62,931 nucleotides of DNA from a virus (taxonomy: Duplodnaviria > Caudoviricetes): positions 1 to 62,931 of IMG/VR virus record IMGVR_UViG_3300017782_000013. One strand, 5' to 3'. Each line of letters begins with the position of its first letter. Position 1 is the first letter of the stretch. Shown here one piece after another: positions 1-8,749 of this stretch. Both the position numbers and the translations under genes were made by a program. Under the pieces are notes generated by a model. The model had not been told where the DNA came from, made no database searches, and saw nothing but the letters and a program-made list of their open reading frames with translations.

Positions 1-1
1 G

Positions 2-592
2 GGGTACAATATTTATCCAAATACATATAACAGATATTCAGATGCGTTTACTACACAGAGTGCAACACCTGAAGCCTACAATGCTCTTGCTAAAGAAATA
101 TATAATGCAGGAATAGGTGATATATCACCGTCAACTCTTTACTTTTTTGCTAATGCTTACTTAGACGGCCCTGCTAGAATACTAGCTACGTTAGATGGCA
201 ACGTAAGAGCTTTCTCTGGCAATAAAAGTTTTGATAAATACGACATACCATTTTTTGGTAGCTTTGCCAGTAAAGAAAGTAATGTAGATGGCAAACAATT
301 TGCGGAAGCCGAAAGAGATTTAAGAGTATATCAAAAGGAACTTAAAGCGGCAGAAGGACAAGGTAGATTACGTGAGTACGTAGAAAGATTTCCAGAAAGA
401 TATCGAGCTACTAAATTATATAACTCACAAGTTAATCGTACTCTTCGTACATTAAGAACCGCTAAGAACAAGTTAAAAAGAAATCAAAAGTTAACTCCAA
501 AACAAAAAGAAGAACGCTTAAAGTATTTAGACAACGCAATCAATAAACAAAAAAGAATGATATTAAATCGTTTAGAGAGATTTGACTACTAA
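2..592 (+). CDS. C-terminal part of the giant internal/ejection (polyvalent) protein, continuing from 57013-62931 across the circular junction
   Basis: Frame 2 is open from nt 2 (GYNIYPNTYNRYSDAF...DISPSTLYFFANAYLDG...) to TAA at 590-592. It is in frame with the window end via the 7-nt overlap GGGGTAC. LPD38-like C-terminus. Confidence 0.85.
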   Translation, partial: GYNIYPNTYNRYSDAFTTQSATPEAYNALAKEIYNAGIGDISPSTLYFFANAYLDGPARILATLDGNVRAFSGNKSFDKYDIPFFGSFASKESNVDGKQFAEAERDLRVYQKELKAAEGQGRLREYVERFPERYRATKLYNSQVNRTLRTLRTAKNKLKRNQKLTPKQKEERLKYLDNAINKQKRMILNRLERFDY

Positions 593-780
593 TCTATCTT
601 CCAAATCCTTACTCCATATATATTGTCGTATACAACACTCTTTATTCTAATTTTAATATCCTCTTGCTTTGCTAATTTTCTTATCTCTTTTGTTATAGAG
701 TCTGGTTCTAAAGTGGGGACAAAAAAACTCTCCCCACTCTTCATAGCTTTAAACGGATATTTCCAACTAGGTTCTTTCAT
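589..780 (-). CDS. Small hypothetical protein, possibly DNA-binding
   Basis: 63 aa, coupled to the primase stop; YPF..M..GESFFVP...GVRIW pattern common in small phage proteins. Confidence 0.7.
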   Translation of the reverse strand: MKEPSWKYPFKAMKSGESFFVPTLEPDSITKEIRKLAKQEDIKIRIKSVVYDNIYGVRIWKID

Positions 781-3607
781 CTTCTATCTCTTTAAAAGCG
801 TTCTGGTCAAATATAATGCAATAAGGTCTGTACCCACTACCTTGTTCCCAACCTTTGTCTATAGTTTCTCTTGACCTTCTTTTAACAATTATTCCCTTCG
901 CTAACAAATCTTTTTCAAACTCTCTAAAGTTATATTTCACATCAGAACAATACTTCTCCATTTCGGATTTGATGACAAAAGTTCTTTTAGTATCTTTCTC
1001 CACTCTCATTACCAATTTATTTTTTGGAGTAGCGATAGGTACTTTTGTGTCATAACCGCTATCGTCTTTTCCGTTTTGTCTAAGAACTAAACTGTTGTTG
1101 GCGTTCAGAGCTAAGAAATCTCCAAGAATTTGCTCAGAAGTTTTAACCTTATTGTAGGCTTCTTTAGATATACTTCTTACCCCTTTTATAACAGCGTCAT
1201 ATATCCGTTCGTAATTCAAACCTACAATATCTATTTCAGAAGCTATCTCCATACCAGCCATACTTGAGGCTATGATAGCAACCCAATGCCTGTCTAATTT
1301 ATTAGTGTCGTTGATAACTCTATCCATCCATAGTTCCACTCTTCTTTTCAATTCCTTGTCAGTTTGGCAACATAACCATTGTGCATACATAATACCTGCA
1401 TGACCGTAATTCTCATGAATTGGATTTAAGTTTTGCCTACACCAATTGATTGTGAACCAATCAGGTTTCTTATCTATGTTTAATTGTAAAATTCTTACCA
1501 TCTCTCCTTCTGCCGAAGATTTATACCTAGATAACAATTCATATGCCGAAGTGTTTGAAGTAGTCAAAGCTAAAGTTGCCCATTTTGTGTTGTTCTTTCT
1601 TTCCTGATTTGAGCTTCTCATCATTCTAGCTTTGCCTTTACCCATTGGCATAGTGTATGCAAAATCAGATAAATCTTGCGGAGTCATGTTTGATATTTCA
1701 TCAACATATAAAGGTAGACTTCTAAGAACCCCAAGTCTTTCAAATTTTGCATTGATGGTGTGTTTAGCTAACATCATCTCTGATGGACAACCCCAAACAC
1801 TCAAAGCAAAATAACCGCTTAGTGTCTTACCACTTCCTGGTTTTCTACTATATAAATTAAGAATTGCCCCATTGACATTTGTATATTTTAATAAAGGTGT
1901 TCCAAAAGAAGCTCCCGCAAGAAATGTTTGATACTCTAAACCTTCTGCATCTAGTTTTTCAAAACATTCTCTCCATTTTTCAAATTGTCCACCAGTACGG
2001 CAAGTAGGAGCAACTTCTGTAATTGCCTTATTTGGAGCAACGTCATAACCACCGTCTTTTCTGTACTCTTTATAACCTAAAACAAAACCTTCCAAGTCAT
2101 TAGTCCACCCCATGTTTGCATGAGATGTGTCTGCTTTTTGTTGAGATTGTAGGTGTTTTACCCATTTTGTTACATATTGCATAAGTCTCTCCATTAAATG
2201 TTTATACGGCATGACGCCGCTACTTCTTACTACTTCCCCAAATTTTTCGCTAGACCCAAGACATTTCATAGGAATAGGAAAATCTTTTACGCCATCATGT
2301 TCAAAATGAACTCTTGCTATTACGCTGTCGCCATCTATCGGGTCTGTAATTCTTTTCACAATATAGAAATCGTTTTCGTAAATTTCTACTGGGTCTTCTT
2401 GAACCATTTGCCCTGACTTCTTATCGAACACAGGCGGCGGACTATATAACACACCACCATTTGCTCCCCTACTAAAAGGCATTAAATCATCAGGGTACTC
2501 GTGCTCTGTCTCAGAGGCAATGGTTTTTAGTACTTTCTTTTTCTCTTGTATTATATCTTTCGAGAGATTCTGTACCTGAGTATTCTCCTTGGTTATCCGA
2601 CCCAAGTGAAGAGGGGTCTTGACTTTCCCCCGATTTGGGCACTTCAAACAAATGTTTGAATCATGAGATATTTCTTCAAACGTAGCACAAGTATGAGGTT
2701 TTTGTATTCTCCTAGCTTTTAGTTCTGTTTTTTCATGGTCGTACTCAGGATGTAATCTGGACATTTCATGTATTGCGTTTTCCTCTACGCAAAGATTTGC
2801 AATTGACAAACCCGCAAACCAAACTCTTTCTCCAATTTTCTTTTGTTCCGTTACTATCCATTTTAGTTGACCGCATCCTTTACCTTGCATTGTCTTTTCA
2901 GCTATACGCCTCCAACTATATTCAAAGTTATAATTATCTGAATCAAATGGTTTATCAATAGAAGAATGTGCCAACGCTGTTTTTTCTTTTGAAATATCTC
3001 TTTGATAAGCGGTAAACACTTTTTCTCTGAGTTGCTCCCAACTAACAACTTCTCCAATTGCTTCTATATCGCAAAGTCTTTTTCTTTTAAAGTTGCGTGT
3101 AAATGGCAGTCTGAGAAGTCGTGTCGGGTCGCTAGGTACAGCTAAATCTATTTTGAAATTATGATGTTTGCATAACGTCTTAAATTTTTTAGCTACTTCT
3201 AACCAATCTTCTTTAGGTATATTTGTATCAGTAGCCCAGTAACAATGAAAACCACCACCTGATTGAATGATTGTAGGTTGGTCTAAATTTAACTCCTGTG
3301 AAAATCTTATAAGGTCTTGTATTGCTTCTTTATTGCTTGTGTATTCTCTACCATCACAATCAATATCTAAAAACAAACTTTTTAAGTGCGTACTGTTTTC
3401 TGCGGTGCGTCTACCATCTTTAAACACACTTTGTGAAAAATAAGAATTACTACCATTTATGTTTTGTTTATTAGCCCATACAAGTAACTCAGATAAATCT
3501 TTACTAAACTTATGTGCTACTTGCCCACTTTTATCTATCGAAGCTAAACAGTATTCTCCAAGCTCCGAAGAAGGTAAGACCTTCTCTAAAAATTCTTTTT
3601 GCTCCAT
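767..3607 (-). CDS. Primase-helicase (RepB/AEP-like primase + Cys-rich domain + DUF927 helicase)
   Basis: LFLDIDC, SGGGFHCYW and RLLRLP primase motifs; CATF...CLKC cysteines; Walker A PGSGKT and Walker B YVDE. Start placed at ATG 3607 (track gives 3619). Confidence 0.88.
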   Translation of the reverse strand: MEQKEFLEKVLPSSELGEYCLASIDKSGQVAHKFSKDLSELLVWANKQNINGSNSYFSQSVFKDGRRTAENSTHLKSLFLDIDCDGREYTSNKEAIQDLIRFSQELNLDQPTIIQSGGGFHCYWATDTNIPKEDWLEVAKKFKTLCKHHNFKIDLAVPSDPTRLLRLPFTRNFKRKRLCDIEAIGEVVSWEQLREKVFTAYQRDISKEKTALAHSSIDKPFDSDNYNFEYSWRRIAEKTMQGKGCGQLKWIVTEQKKIGERVWFAGLSIANLCVEENAIHEMSRLHPEYDHEKTELKARRIQKPHTCATFEEISHDSNICLKCPNRGKVKTPLHLGRITKENTQVQNLSKDIIQEKKKVLKTIASETEHEYPDDLMPFSRGANGGVLYSPPPVFDKKSGQMVQEDPVEIYENDFYIVKRITDPIDGDSVIARVHFEHDGVKDFPIPMKCLGSSEKFGEVVRSSGVMPYKHLMERLMQYVTKWVKHLQSQQKADTSHANMGWTNDLEGFVLGYKEYRKDGGYDVAPNKAITEVAPTCRTGGQFEKWRECFEKLDAEGLEYQTFLAGASFGTPLLKYTNVNGAILNLYSRKPGSGKTLSGYFALSVWGCPSEMMLAKHTINAKFERLGVLRSLPLYVDEISNMTPQDLSDFAYTMPMGKGKARMMRSSNQERKNNTKWATLALTTSNTSAYELLSRYKSSAEGEMVRILQLNIDKKPDWFTINWCRQNLNPIHENYGHAGIMYAQWLCCQTDKELKRRVELWMDRVINDTNKLDRHWVAIIASSMAGMEIASEIDIVGLNYERIYDAVIKGVRSISKEAYNKVKTSEQILGDFLALNANNSLVLRQNGKDDSGYDTKVPIATPKNKLVMRVEKDTKRTFVIKSEMEKYCSDVKYNFREFEKDLLAKGIIVKRRSRETIDKGWEQGSGYRPYCIIFDQNAFKEIEDERT

Positions 3608-3617
3608 TATTTTATCC

Positions 3618-3644
3618 AAAAAAATAGGGCGGACTAGCCGCCCT
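3618..3644 (-). terminator. Intrinsic terminator-like hairpin just upstream of the primase start
   Basis: Minus strand AGGGCGG-CTAGT-CCGCCCT followed by A and a T run. Confidence 0.6.
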
Positions 3645-3653
3645 CAAGTTTAG

Positions 3654-3681
3654 AAAAAAGGAGCTGCGTTGAGCAACTCCC
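3654..3681 (-). terminator. Intrinsic terminator-like hairpin after the HTH gene
   Basis: Minus strand GGAGTTGC-TCAAC-GCAGCTCC-TTTTTT. Confidence 0.6.
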
Positions 3682-3682
3682 A

Positions 3683-4000
3683 TTATATATTAAGAGAGCG
3701 AAAATAAGCAACCATTTCCTTTTTTGTTCCCAACGGCAACTTCCCTTTTTCCATATCGTCAAGAATAATCTCTGTAAAAGCAACTACTCTGTCGAGTCTT
3801 TTTTCATTTATATTTTTACCGTTGAACCAATTGAAAATTGTCATTCTGCTAACTTTAAAATACTTTGCTAGTAAACCTGTATTTAATCTTGCATCAATAC
3901 AAGCTGCAGCGAATTGCAAAGAATCGGTATCTTGAGCAGAATCTCTTAATCTCTCAATAGTCCTAGTACCATACGCTCTAGTTCTAGGTTCTTTTTGCAT
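3683..4000 (-). CDS. Cro/XRE-like helix-turn-helix protein
   Basis: LAKYFKVSRMTIFNWFNG is a typical HTH. Confidence 0.8.
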   Translation of the reverse strand: MQKEPRTRAYGTRTIERLRDSAQDTDSLQFAAACIDARLNTGLLAKYFKVSRMTIFNWFNGKNINEKRLDRVVAFTEIILDDMEKGKLPLGTKKEMVAYFRSLNI

Positions 4001-4003
4001 CTC

Positions 4004-5023
4004 TTAATCTCCATCATCTACTGTCGAAGACTCTTTTTTACCCCAAGTAGAAATTAAATCAGAAACATTTTCGTCCTTGTTTTCAAGTTCGGCTACTGCT
4101 TCTTTCTTCTTGTTTAATTTCTTAACAGGTTTGCTTTCTGCTATATCAATAACATCAGCAGTTTCAGGAAGTTTAGTTCCTTTGTTTGCTTCATGTTCTT
4201 TTAAAACATAATTGTTATTAACATTCACAAAGTCCGCAAAGTCTTTGAGCAAGTTGTTTACAGGGTCGTCCTTACCCTCGAATGGTATTTTTTTGCTACC
4301 CATTTCAAAAGTAGGAATGTAGAATTTACCTCCCGTGGCTAAAGTTCTTTCTTCAACATCTAAATCAAACGTGCGGTTGAAAGGAAGTTCTTTGTTTTCG
4401 TAGAGGGCTTTCATAATTTCCCCTGATGCTGTGTAAGCCTCTTTGTTGTGAATATCCCAAATGAAAGGAATAGGCTCTTTGTATTTATCAGATACATCTG
4501 TACCTTCAAAATCGAGTGCATCATTCATGGTAATTTCGCCAAACAAAACCCTTACTCTTTTTATATTTCGTAATAAGTCTTTAGCGTCTTGAGGCAAACT
4601 ATCAAAATCTTTTATATAGCCGCCTTTTCTACCACAATTAAATCCACCCTCTGTATCAGGTAACTCGCTATTCAAAGAACCCTCGTTGCACATTACAGTT
4701 TTAATGTACTTATTGTCATCAGACAAATACTTCTGGTACATAAACTTTTGGAGAAACAACTTTATCGTAGGCTGTTCAGAATATACTTTGTCGCCCTCTG
4801 AATCTTCAAGAACAAAAGACCCCGCATCAACAAGAAAAATTTGTTTCTTCTTGCCTTTAACTTCTGCTTCGCCTTTTATACCCTGATGGTCAATCTTTAA
4901 ACGGGCTAAAGTATTTTTCTGTTTGACACTTGGCGGAGTCATACCTAGCTGTTCAGCTAAGACGCTGAAATCGGACGTGTCGCTACCGATAACTAACTCC
5001 GTATTACTGTTCCATTTACTCAT
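4004..5023 (-). CDS. Putative single-stranded DNA-binding protein (second family)
   Basis: In the replication module; LARLKI...GGFNCGR...KRVRVLFG core; acidic C-terminal tail. Start at MSKW after GAGGA. Confidence 0.6.
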   Translation of the reverse strand: MSKWNSNTELVIGSDTSDFSVLAEQLGMTPPSVKQKNTLARLKIDHQGIKGEAEVKGKKKQIFLVDAGSFVLEDSEGDKVYSEQPTIKLFLQKFMYQKYLSDDNKYIKTVMCNEGSLNSELPDTEGGFNCGRKGGYIKDFDSLPQDAKDLLRNIKRVRVLFGEITMNDALDFEGTDVSDKYKEPIPFIWDIHNKEAYTASGEIMKALYENKELPFNRTFDLDVEERTLATGGKFYIPTFEMGSKKIPFEGKDDPVNNLLKDFADFVNVNNNYVLKEHEANKGTKLPETADVIDIAESKPVKKLNKKKEAVAELENKDENVSDLISTWGKKESSTVDDGD

Positions 5024-5038
5024 TTTAATCCTCATTGG

Positions 5039-5740
5039 TTAATTTATACCCGCAAATCGGGCTACTTTTTCGTACTGCTCCTTTTTGTCTAAGTCCTCCT
5101 TTCTCATTTCTTCGTAATTAAGTGTTATACAATTCGTTACTTCTGGTTCTGTCCTTCTTTTATTCACTAAAAAATATTCTTCGTCTGTCAAAGCACGAAT
5201 AGGTTTGAAATGAAGTTTTGGTACAGGAAAATCTAAATCAAACTCTATCTGAGTTACTAACTTGTTAATTGGCAAATTGCCCTCTAACAAAAAATTCATG
5301 TATGCCTTAAAAGGTTTTTTACCTAGGTCTCCTCTACCAAATATGGATGTGCTTGGAAGAGTTAGCTTAAATATATCTTTTGAAAGACCGCCTTCTAATA
5401 CAACTGCTGTTCTCCAATTGTATTTACAAGCCTTAGAATTACCCTTACCACTACCCATAATGTTTTGTTCACAATTCATACAAACATTTGAAATAGGTTT
5501 ATGAACATTCCTATCAGGAGTTCTACCATTACTTGACCAACAACGTGGTAAAGCTCTAACTTTTTCATCATAAGGCATATCATAATAAATCCTACTGGGT
5601 TGTGTAGCTCGTTCCACAAATACTATGTTTAGTTTTTTTTCTTTAGTGTATTTTTCTTCCCCACTTTTGAAGATTGTAAATACACCGCCTTTAATAGATA
5701 TTCTGTTAGGCTTAGAAGAAACAGATGTTACTATTTTCAC
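5039..5740 (-). CDS. Putative SSB / ssDNA-annealing protein with a Cys cluster
   Basis: RISIKGGVF...CWSSNGRTPD...CMNC...SKACK...FD....PKLHFKP pattern; position next to the helicase. Confidence 0.6.
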   Translation of the reverse strand: MKIVTSVSSKPNRISIKGGVFTIFKSGEEKYTKEKKLNIVFVERATQPSRIYYDMPYDEKVRALPRCWSSNGRTPDRNVHKPISNVCMNCEQNIMGSGKGNSKACKYNWRTAVVLEGGLSKDIFKLTLPSTSIFGRGDLGKKPFKAYMNFLLEGNLPINKLVTQIEFDLDFPVPKLHFKPIRALTDEEYFLVNKRRTEPEVTNCITLNYEEMRKEDLDKKEQYEKVARFAGIN

Positions 5741-6138
5741 GAAGGCTTCCTAACCACAACTACAAACTCTTTCAGAATATCCACACCTGGTGGAAACTTA
5801 TCAGGGTTCTCTTCAAGAAAAGTTTTTATATTACTTTCGTGAACTCTAGTTTGTAACAAACCTATTTCTCCAGTTTCTAAAACAAACTTATTAAAACTGT
5901 GTTTGTCATTCACAATATGCCTTTGTTTTATAGACCTCACGATTGTGCCACTTTTTGTCTTGATAGAACTACAACCTATCTTTTTACAAAGTGCCAACGC
6001 TTGTTCATCTAAGGCTCTTTTCTTTTCAGTAATAAGATTTACTTTTTTATCACAATCAGCTTTGATGTTTCTAATAGCTGTATTACATAATCTGATTTGT
6101 TCAGATAACTCTTCTGCCGTAGCTTCTTTCTTGCTCAT
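5737..6138 (-). CDS. Conserved phage hypothetical protein (coiled coil + SIKTKSGT; loosely Gam-like)
   Basis: 133 aa, coupled to the downstream gene; ends in PPGV...VVRK. Confidence 0.7.
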   Translation of the reverse strand: MSKKEATAEELSEQIRLCNTAIRNIKADCDKKVNLITEKKRALDEQALALCKKIGCSSIKTKSGTIVRSIKQRHIVNDKHSFNKFVLETGEIGLLQTRVHESNIKTFLEENPDKFPPGVDILKEFVVVVRKPS

Positions 6139-6155
6139 TTTTTCCTCTTTTCTAA

Positions 6156-7709
6156 TTAAATACCCAACTCGTTTTTATATAATTCTACTAACTGACTATG
6201 GGAAACAACCTTTGTTTGTAACATCCCATACATCCGTCTTTCTACTGCACTTCCTTCAAGATGAATTACTGTCATTTTATTTTTCTGTCCGTACCTATCA
6301 ATCCTAGCGATACATTGTAAGTATGTTTCAACTGACATAACAGGCGACCAAAAAACTACTGTGTCTGCACGGGTTAAAGTTACTCCATGCGAAGCCGCTT
6401 GCGGTTGTATTACTAAAACTCTAGGTCTTTCTTCATCTTGAAATCTTTTGAAAATCTCTGTTCTCTTATTTGCAGTAACGCTTCCATGAATAATACTAGT
6501 GTAAACTTTATGCTTTGTCAAGTGAGAAAATACTGTATCAATTGTGTGTCTGTAAGGAACAAAAACTAAAACTTTATGGTCTGTTTGTTCTATAACATCC
6601 ATTAGTTCTTTTAGTCTTGGTTTAATATCAAACTCAACTACATCACGATTGTCAGTATATACATTACCTCCTGAAATTTGTAATAGCTTAGTTAAATTAG
6701 CTGCAGCGTTTACTGCTGTTACTTCTTCCCCACCCGCCTGTATTAAGAACTGAGACTTTAAAGCTCTATAATATTTTTCTTGCTGAGTAGTTAAAGGTAT
6801 GTGTCTTGTTTCAACTAAAACTGACGGTAAATCTAAACATTCTTTTTTAGTAAATCTTATTGCGGGTTGCAACGCATCAAAGACCATGTTTTTTGAATCA
6901 GGTTTAGGAATCCATTTAAACTGAGTAATCTTTATCATTACTTTGTCTTGCCATGCACCTTTATATTTTGGCACTCTTTCTGGACTTACCATTTTTGCTA
7001 ATCCAAAAGCGTCTACTGGAGATTGTGAAGCGGGTGTTCCTGTTAACATCCACAACCATGTACTAGGAGTTAATATTTTATTTAAAATTTTCCATCTTTT
7101 TGTACTTGGGTTTTTGTATGCGTTTGCTTCATCAACTACAATTAGGTCAAAGTTTTGTTGAATTATATCTTCTGCTACTATTTCTAACCCGTCATAATTT
7201 ATAATTACAAACTCGTAACCTTTTTTAATAACTTGTTTTCTAATTTCTGGTTTGCCGTAAGCAATCCCAACAGTTCTGTGCATAGCTGTTTGAAGAATAT
7301 CTGTTCTCCACGCAGACGACATAATGGATAAAGGACAAATAACTAAAACTTTTTTTATCACTTTTGTTTTCATTAAGTAGTCAGCCGCCCAAACTACCGA
7401 AGAGGTTTTACCCGTCCCTGTTTCGTTAAAACAAAAACATCTTTGGTGTAAACTTAAAAAAGAACTCGTTAGTAGTTGGTGTCGGAAAGGTTTGTAAAAT
7501 CCTGGAAATGTATAATTCCTAAGGATAGGAGAGGGTACATTTTTTATGTTTAAGTTCTTCAAAACTTTTGATTCGTTGTAGCCCCAATGCACTAAAACTT
7601 CTCCGACACCTGATTCTTTTTTAATTACTCGACTTTTTGGTATCAGTTGTTTTATCTGGTCGTACTTTTTTGTCTTTAAAAGTAAAGCACTATTGTCAAC
7701 TATTTCCAT
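6156..7709 (-). CDS. SNF2-family helicase
   Basis: ETGTGKT, VVDEA, LTGTP, HGVTLT and ARIDRYGQ motifs. Confidence 0.92.
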   Translation of the reverse strand: MEIVDNSALLLKTKKYDQIKQLIPKSRVIKKESGVGEVLVHWGYNESKVLKNLNIKNVPSPILRNYTFPGFYKPFRHQLLTSSFLSLHQRCFCFNETGTGKTSSVVWAADYLMKTKVIKKVLVICPLSIMSSAWRTDILQTAMHRTVGIAYGKPEIRKQVIKKGYEFVIINYDGLEIVAEDIIQQNFDLIVVDEANAYKNPSTKRWKILNKILTPSTWLWMLTGTPASQSPVDAFGLAKMVSPERVPKYKGAWQDKVMIKITQFKWIPKPDSKNMVFDALQPAIRFTKKECLDLPSVLVETRHIPLTTQQEKYYRALKSQFLIQAGGEEVTAVNAAANLTKLLQISGGNVYTDNRDVVEFDIKPRLKELMDVIEQTDHKVLVFVPYRHTIDTVFSHLTKHKVYTSIIHGSVTANKRTEIFKRFQDEERPRVLVIQPQAASHGVTLTRADTVVFWSPVMSVETYLQCIARIDRYGQKNKMTVIHLEGSAVERRMYGMLQTKVVSHSQLVELYKNELGI

Positions 7710-7741
7710 ACAACTCCTTTATATAAACACGTTATATTTTT

Positions 7742-7984
7742 TTATACTTTGTTTTTCTTAGACCGATTTTTTTTCTTGCTAATCAGTCTTAAATTACTTC
7801 TTTTGTTACTACCACCCCTTGTTAATGGTATTTTGTGGTCTATATCTTTATTACCTCTTTTAATTCCTCTTTTGTCGTAATCTCTTCTAGCTTTCTGTCG
7901 TTTCATTCTATTGGCGTGTTCGCCTCTAGCTTTCTGCTGTTTGTATTCTTTTTTGTAAGGTCTTTTTTTGTTAACGTATGCCAT
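7742..7984 (-). CDS. Small HNH endonuclease
   Basis: DIDHKIPLTRGGSN...NL...NRSK. Likely start MAYVNK. Confidence 0.8.
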   Translation of the reverse strand: MAYVNKKRPYKKEYKQQKARGEHANRMKRQKARRDYDKRGIKRGNKDIDHKIPLTRGGSNKRSNLRLISKKKNRSKKNKV

Positions 7985-7985
7985 A

Positions 7986-8648
7986 TCAATGCTCTGGATT
8001 ATATTCACAAGATTCTACTGGACACCACTTACACAAAGGGGTAGGGTTTGGATTCCATGTACCAGATGCAAATGATTGTCTTAGTTTGTATAAGTTTATC
8101 TCAAACCTTTCCCACAATTTTTCTAAATCTTTTCTCTCATATGTTTCTTTTATTATACGATTTTTAACCATAAATAATAGACAAGCCTTAATGTTTTTTA
8201 TTTTAGGAAAGTGGTAAAAAGCCATAATTGCCATCAGTTTTAACTGGTCGGTATCTGCAAATCTATCGTTTCCTGTCTTGTAATCAACTATGTAAGCCAA
8301 ATCTCCATCAATTATCAGTAAATCAACTATTCCCCTGACCCACATATCTTTACTTTCAAACCCACATGGTTTTCTATCTTTGTCTAAAGCAAATTGATAC
8401 TCTGTTAATTTAGTTCCGTCTATATTGTTAAGGGCTTTCATCATGCTATCGAACTGAGAAAACCGTTCGGGAAGCTCTGTACCTTTCTCAATATATAATT
8501 CACAAGCTGTGTGTACCTCCTTACCGTAGATAATTGCTTGTGTTTCCGAGGTCTTGTAGTTTCTAAGAACTTTAGTTTCATGGTATTTCCTAGGACACTT
8601 CGTAAAGTCCTTTAAAGAAGAAAATGACCATGAAACTAATTTATCCAT
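7986..8648 (-). CDS. PD-(D/E)xK exonuclease, Cas4/RecB-like
   Basis: SFSSL...CPRK, G.EVH, GIVDL, IVDYKTG, QL..M and C-terminal CKWC...C. Confidence 0.88.
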   Translation of the reverse strand: MDKLVSWSFSSLKDFTKCPRKYHETKVLRNYKTSETQAIIYGKEVHTACELYIEKGTELPERFSQFDSMMKALNNIDGTKLTEYQFALDKDRKPCGFESKDMWVRGIVDLLIIDGDLAYIVDYKTGNDRFADTDQLKLMAIMAFYHFPKIKNIKACLLFMVKNRIIKETYERKDLEKLWERFEINLYKLRQSFASGTWNPNPTPLCKWCPVESCEYNPEH

Positions 8649-8749
8649 TATTTATATGTAAAAAATGTATGTGGGTTGTACAATATTTCATAAGGGATTT
8701 CTATTGTATAGCTGTTCCCTCCCTTGATAACGCACTCTAATTCAATCAT
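8648..8749 (-). CDS. 33-aa small ORF (not in track)
   Basis: MIELECVIKGGNSYTIEIPYEILYNPHTFFTYK; ATGA overlap with the RNR stop and TAATG overlap with the next start. Confidence 0.45.
   Translation of the reverse strand: MIELECVIKGGNSYTIEIPYEILYNPHTFFTYK

Noticed and set aside
1-7. 7-bp terminal repeat as a biological DTR or att site
   Set aside because: It falls mid-gene and is best explained as residual assembly overlap of a circular contig
2206-2220. ACGGC-ATGAC-GCCGC resembling the early-arm palindrome
   Set aside because: 5-nt spacer, one mismatch, inside coding sequence, lacks the shared flanks
7986-8648. Cas4-like nuclease as a sign of a CRISPR system
   Set aside because: No repeat-spacer array or other cas genes; solo Cas4-like exonucleases are routine in phage replication modules
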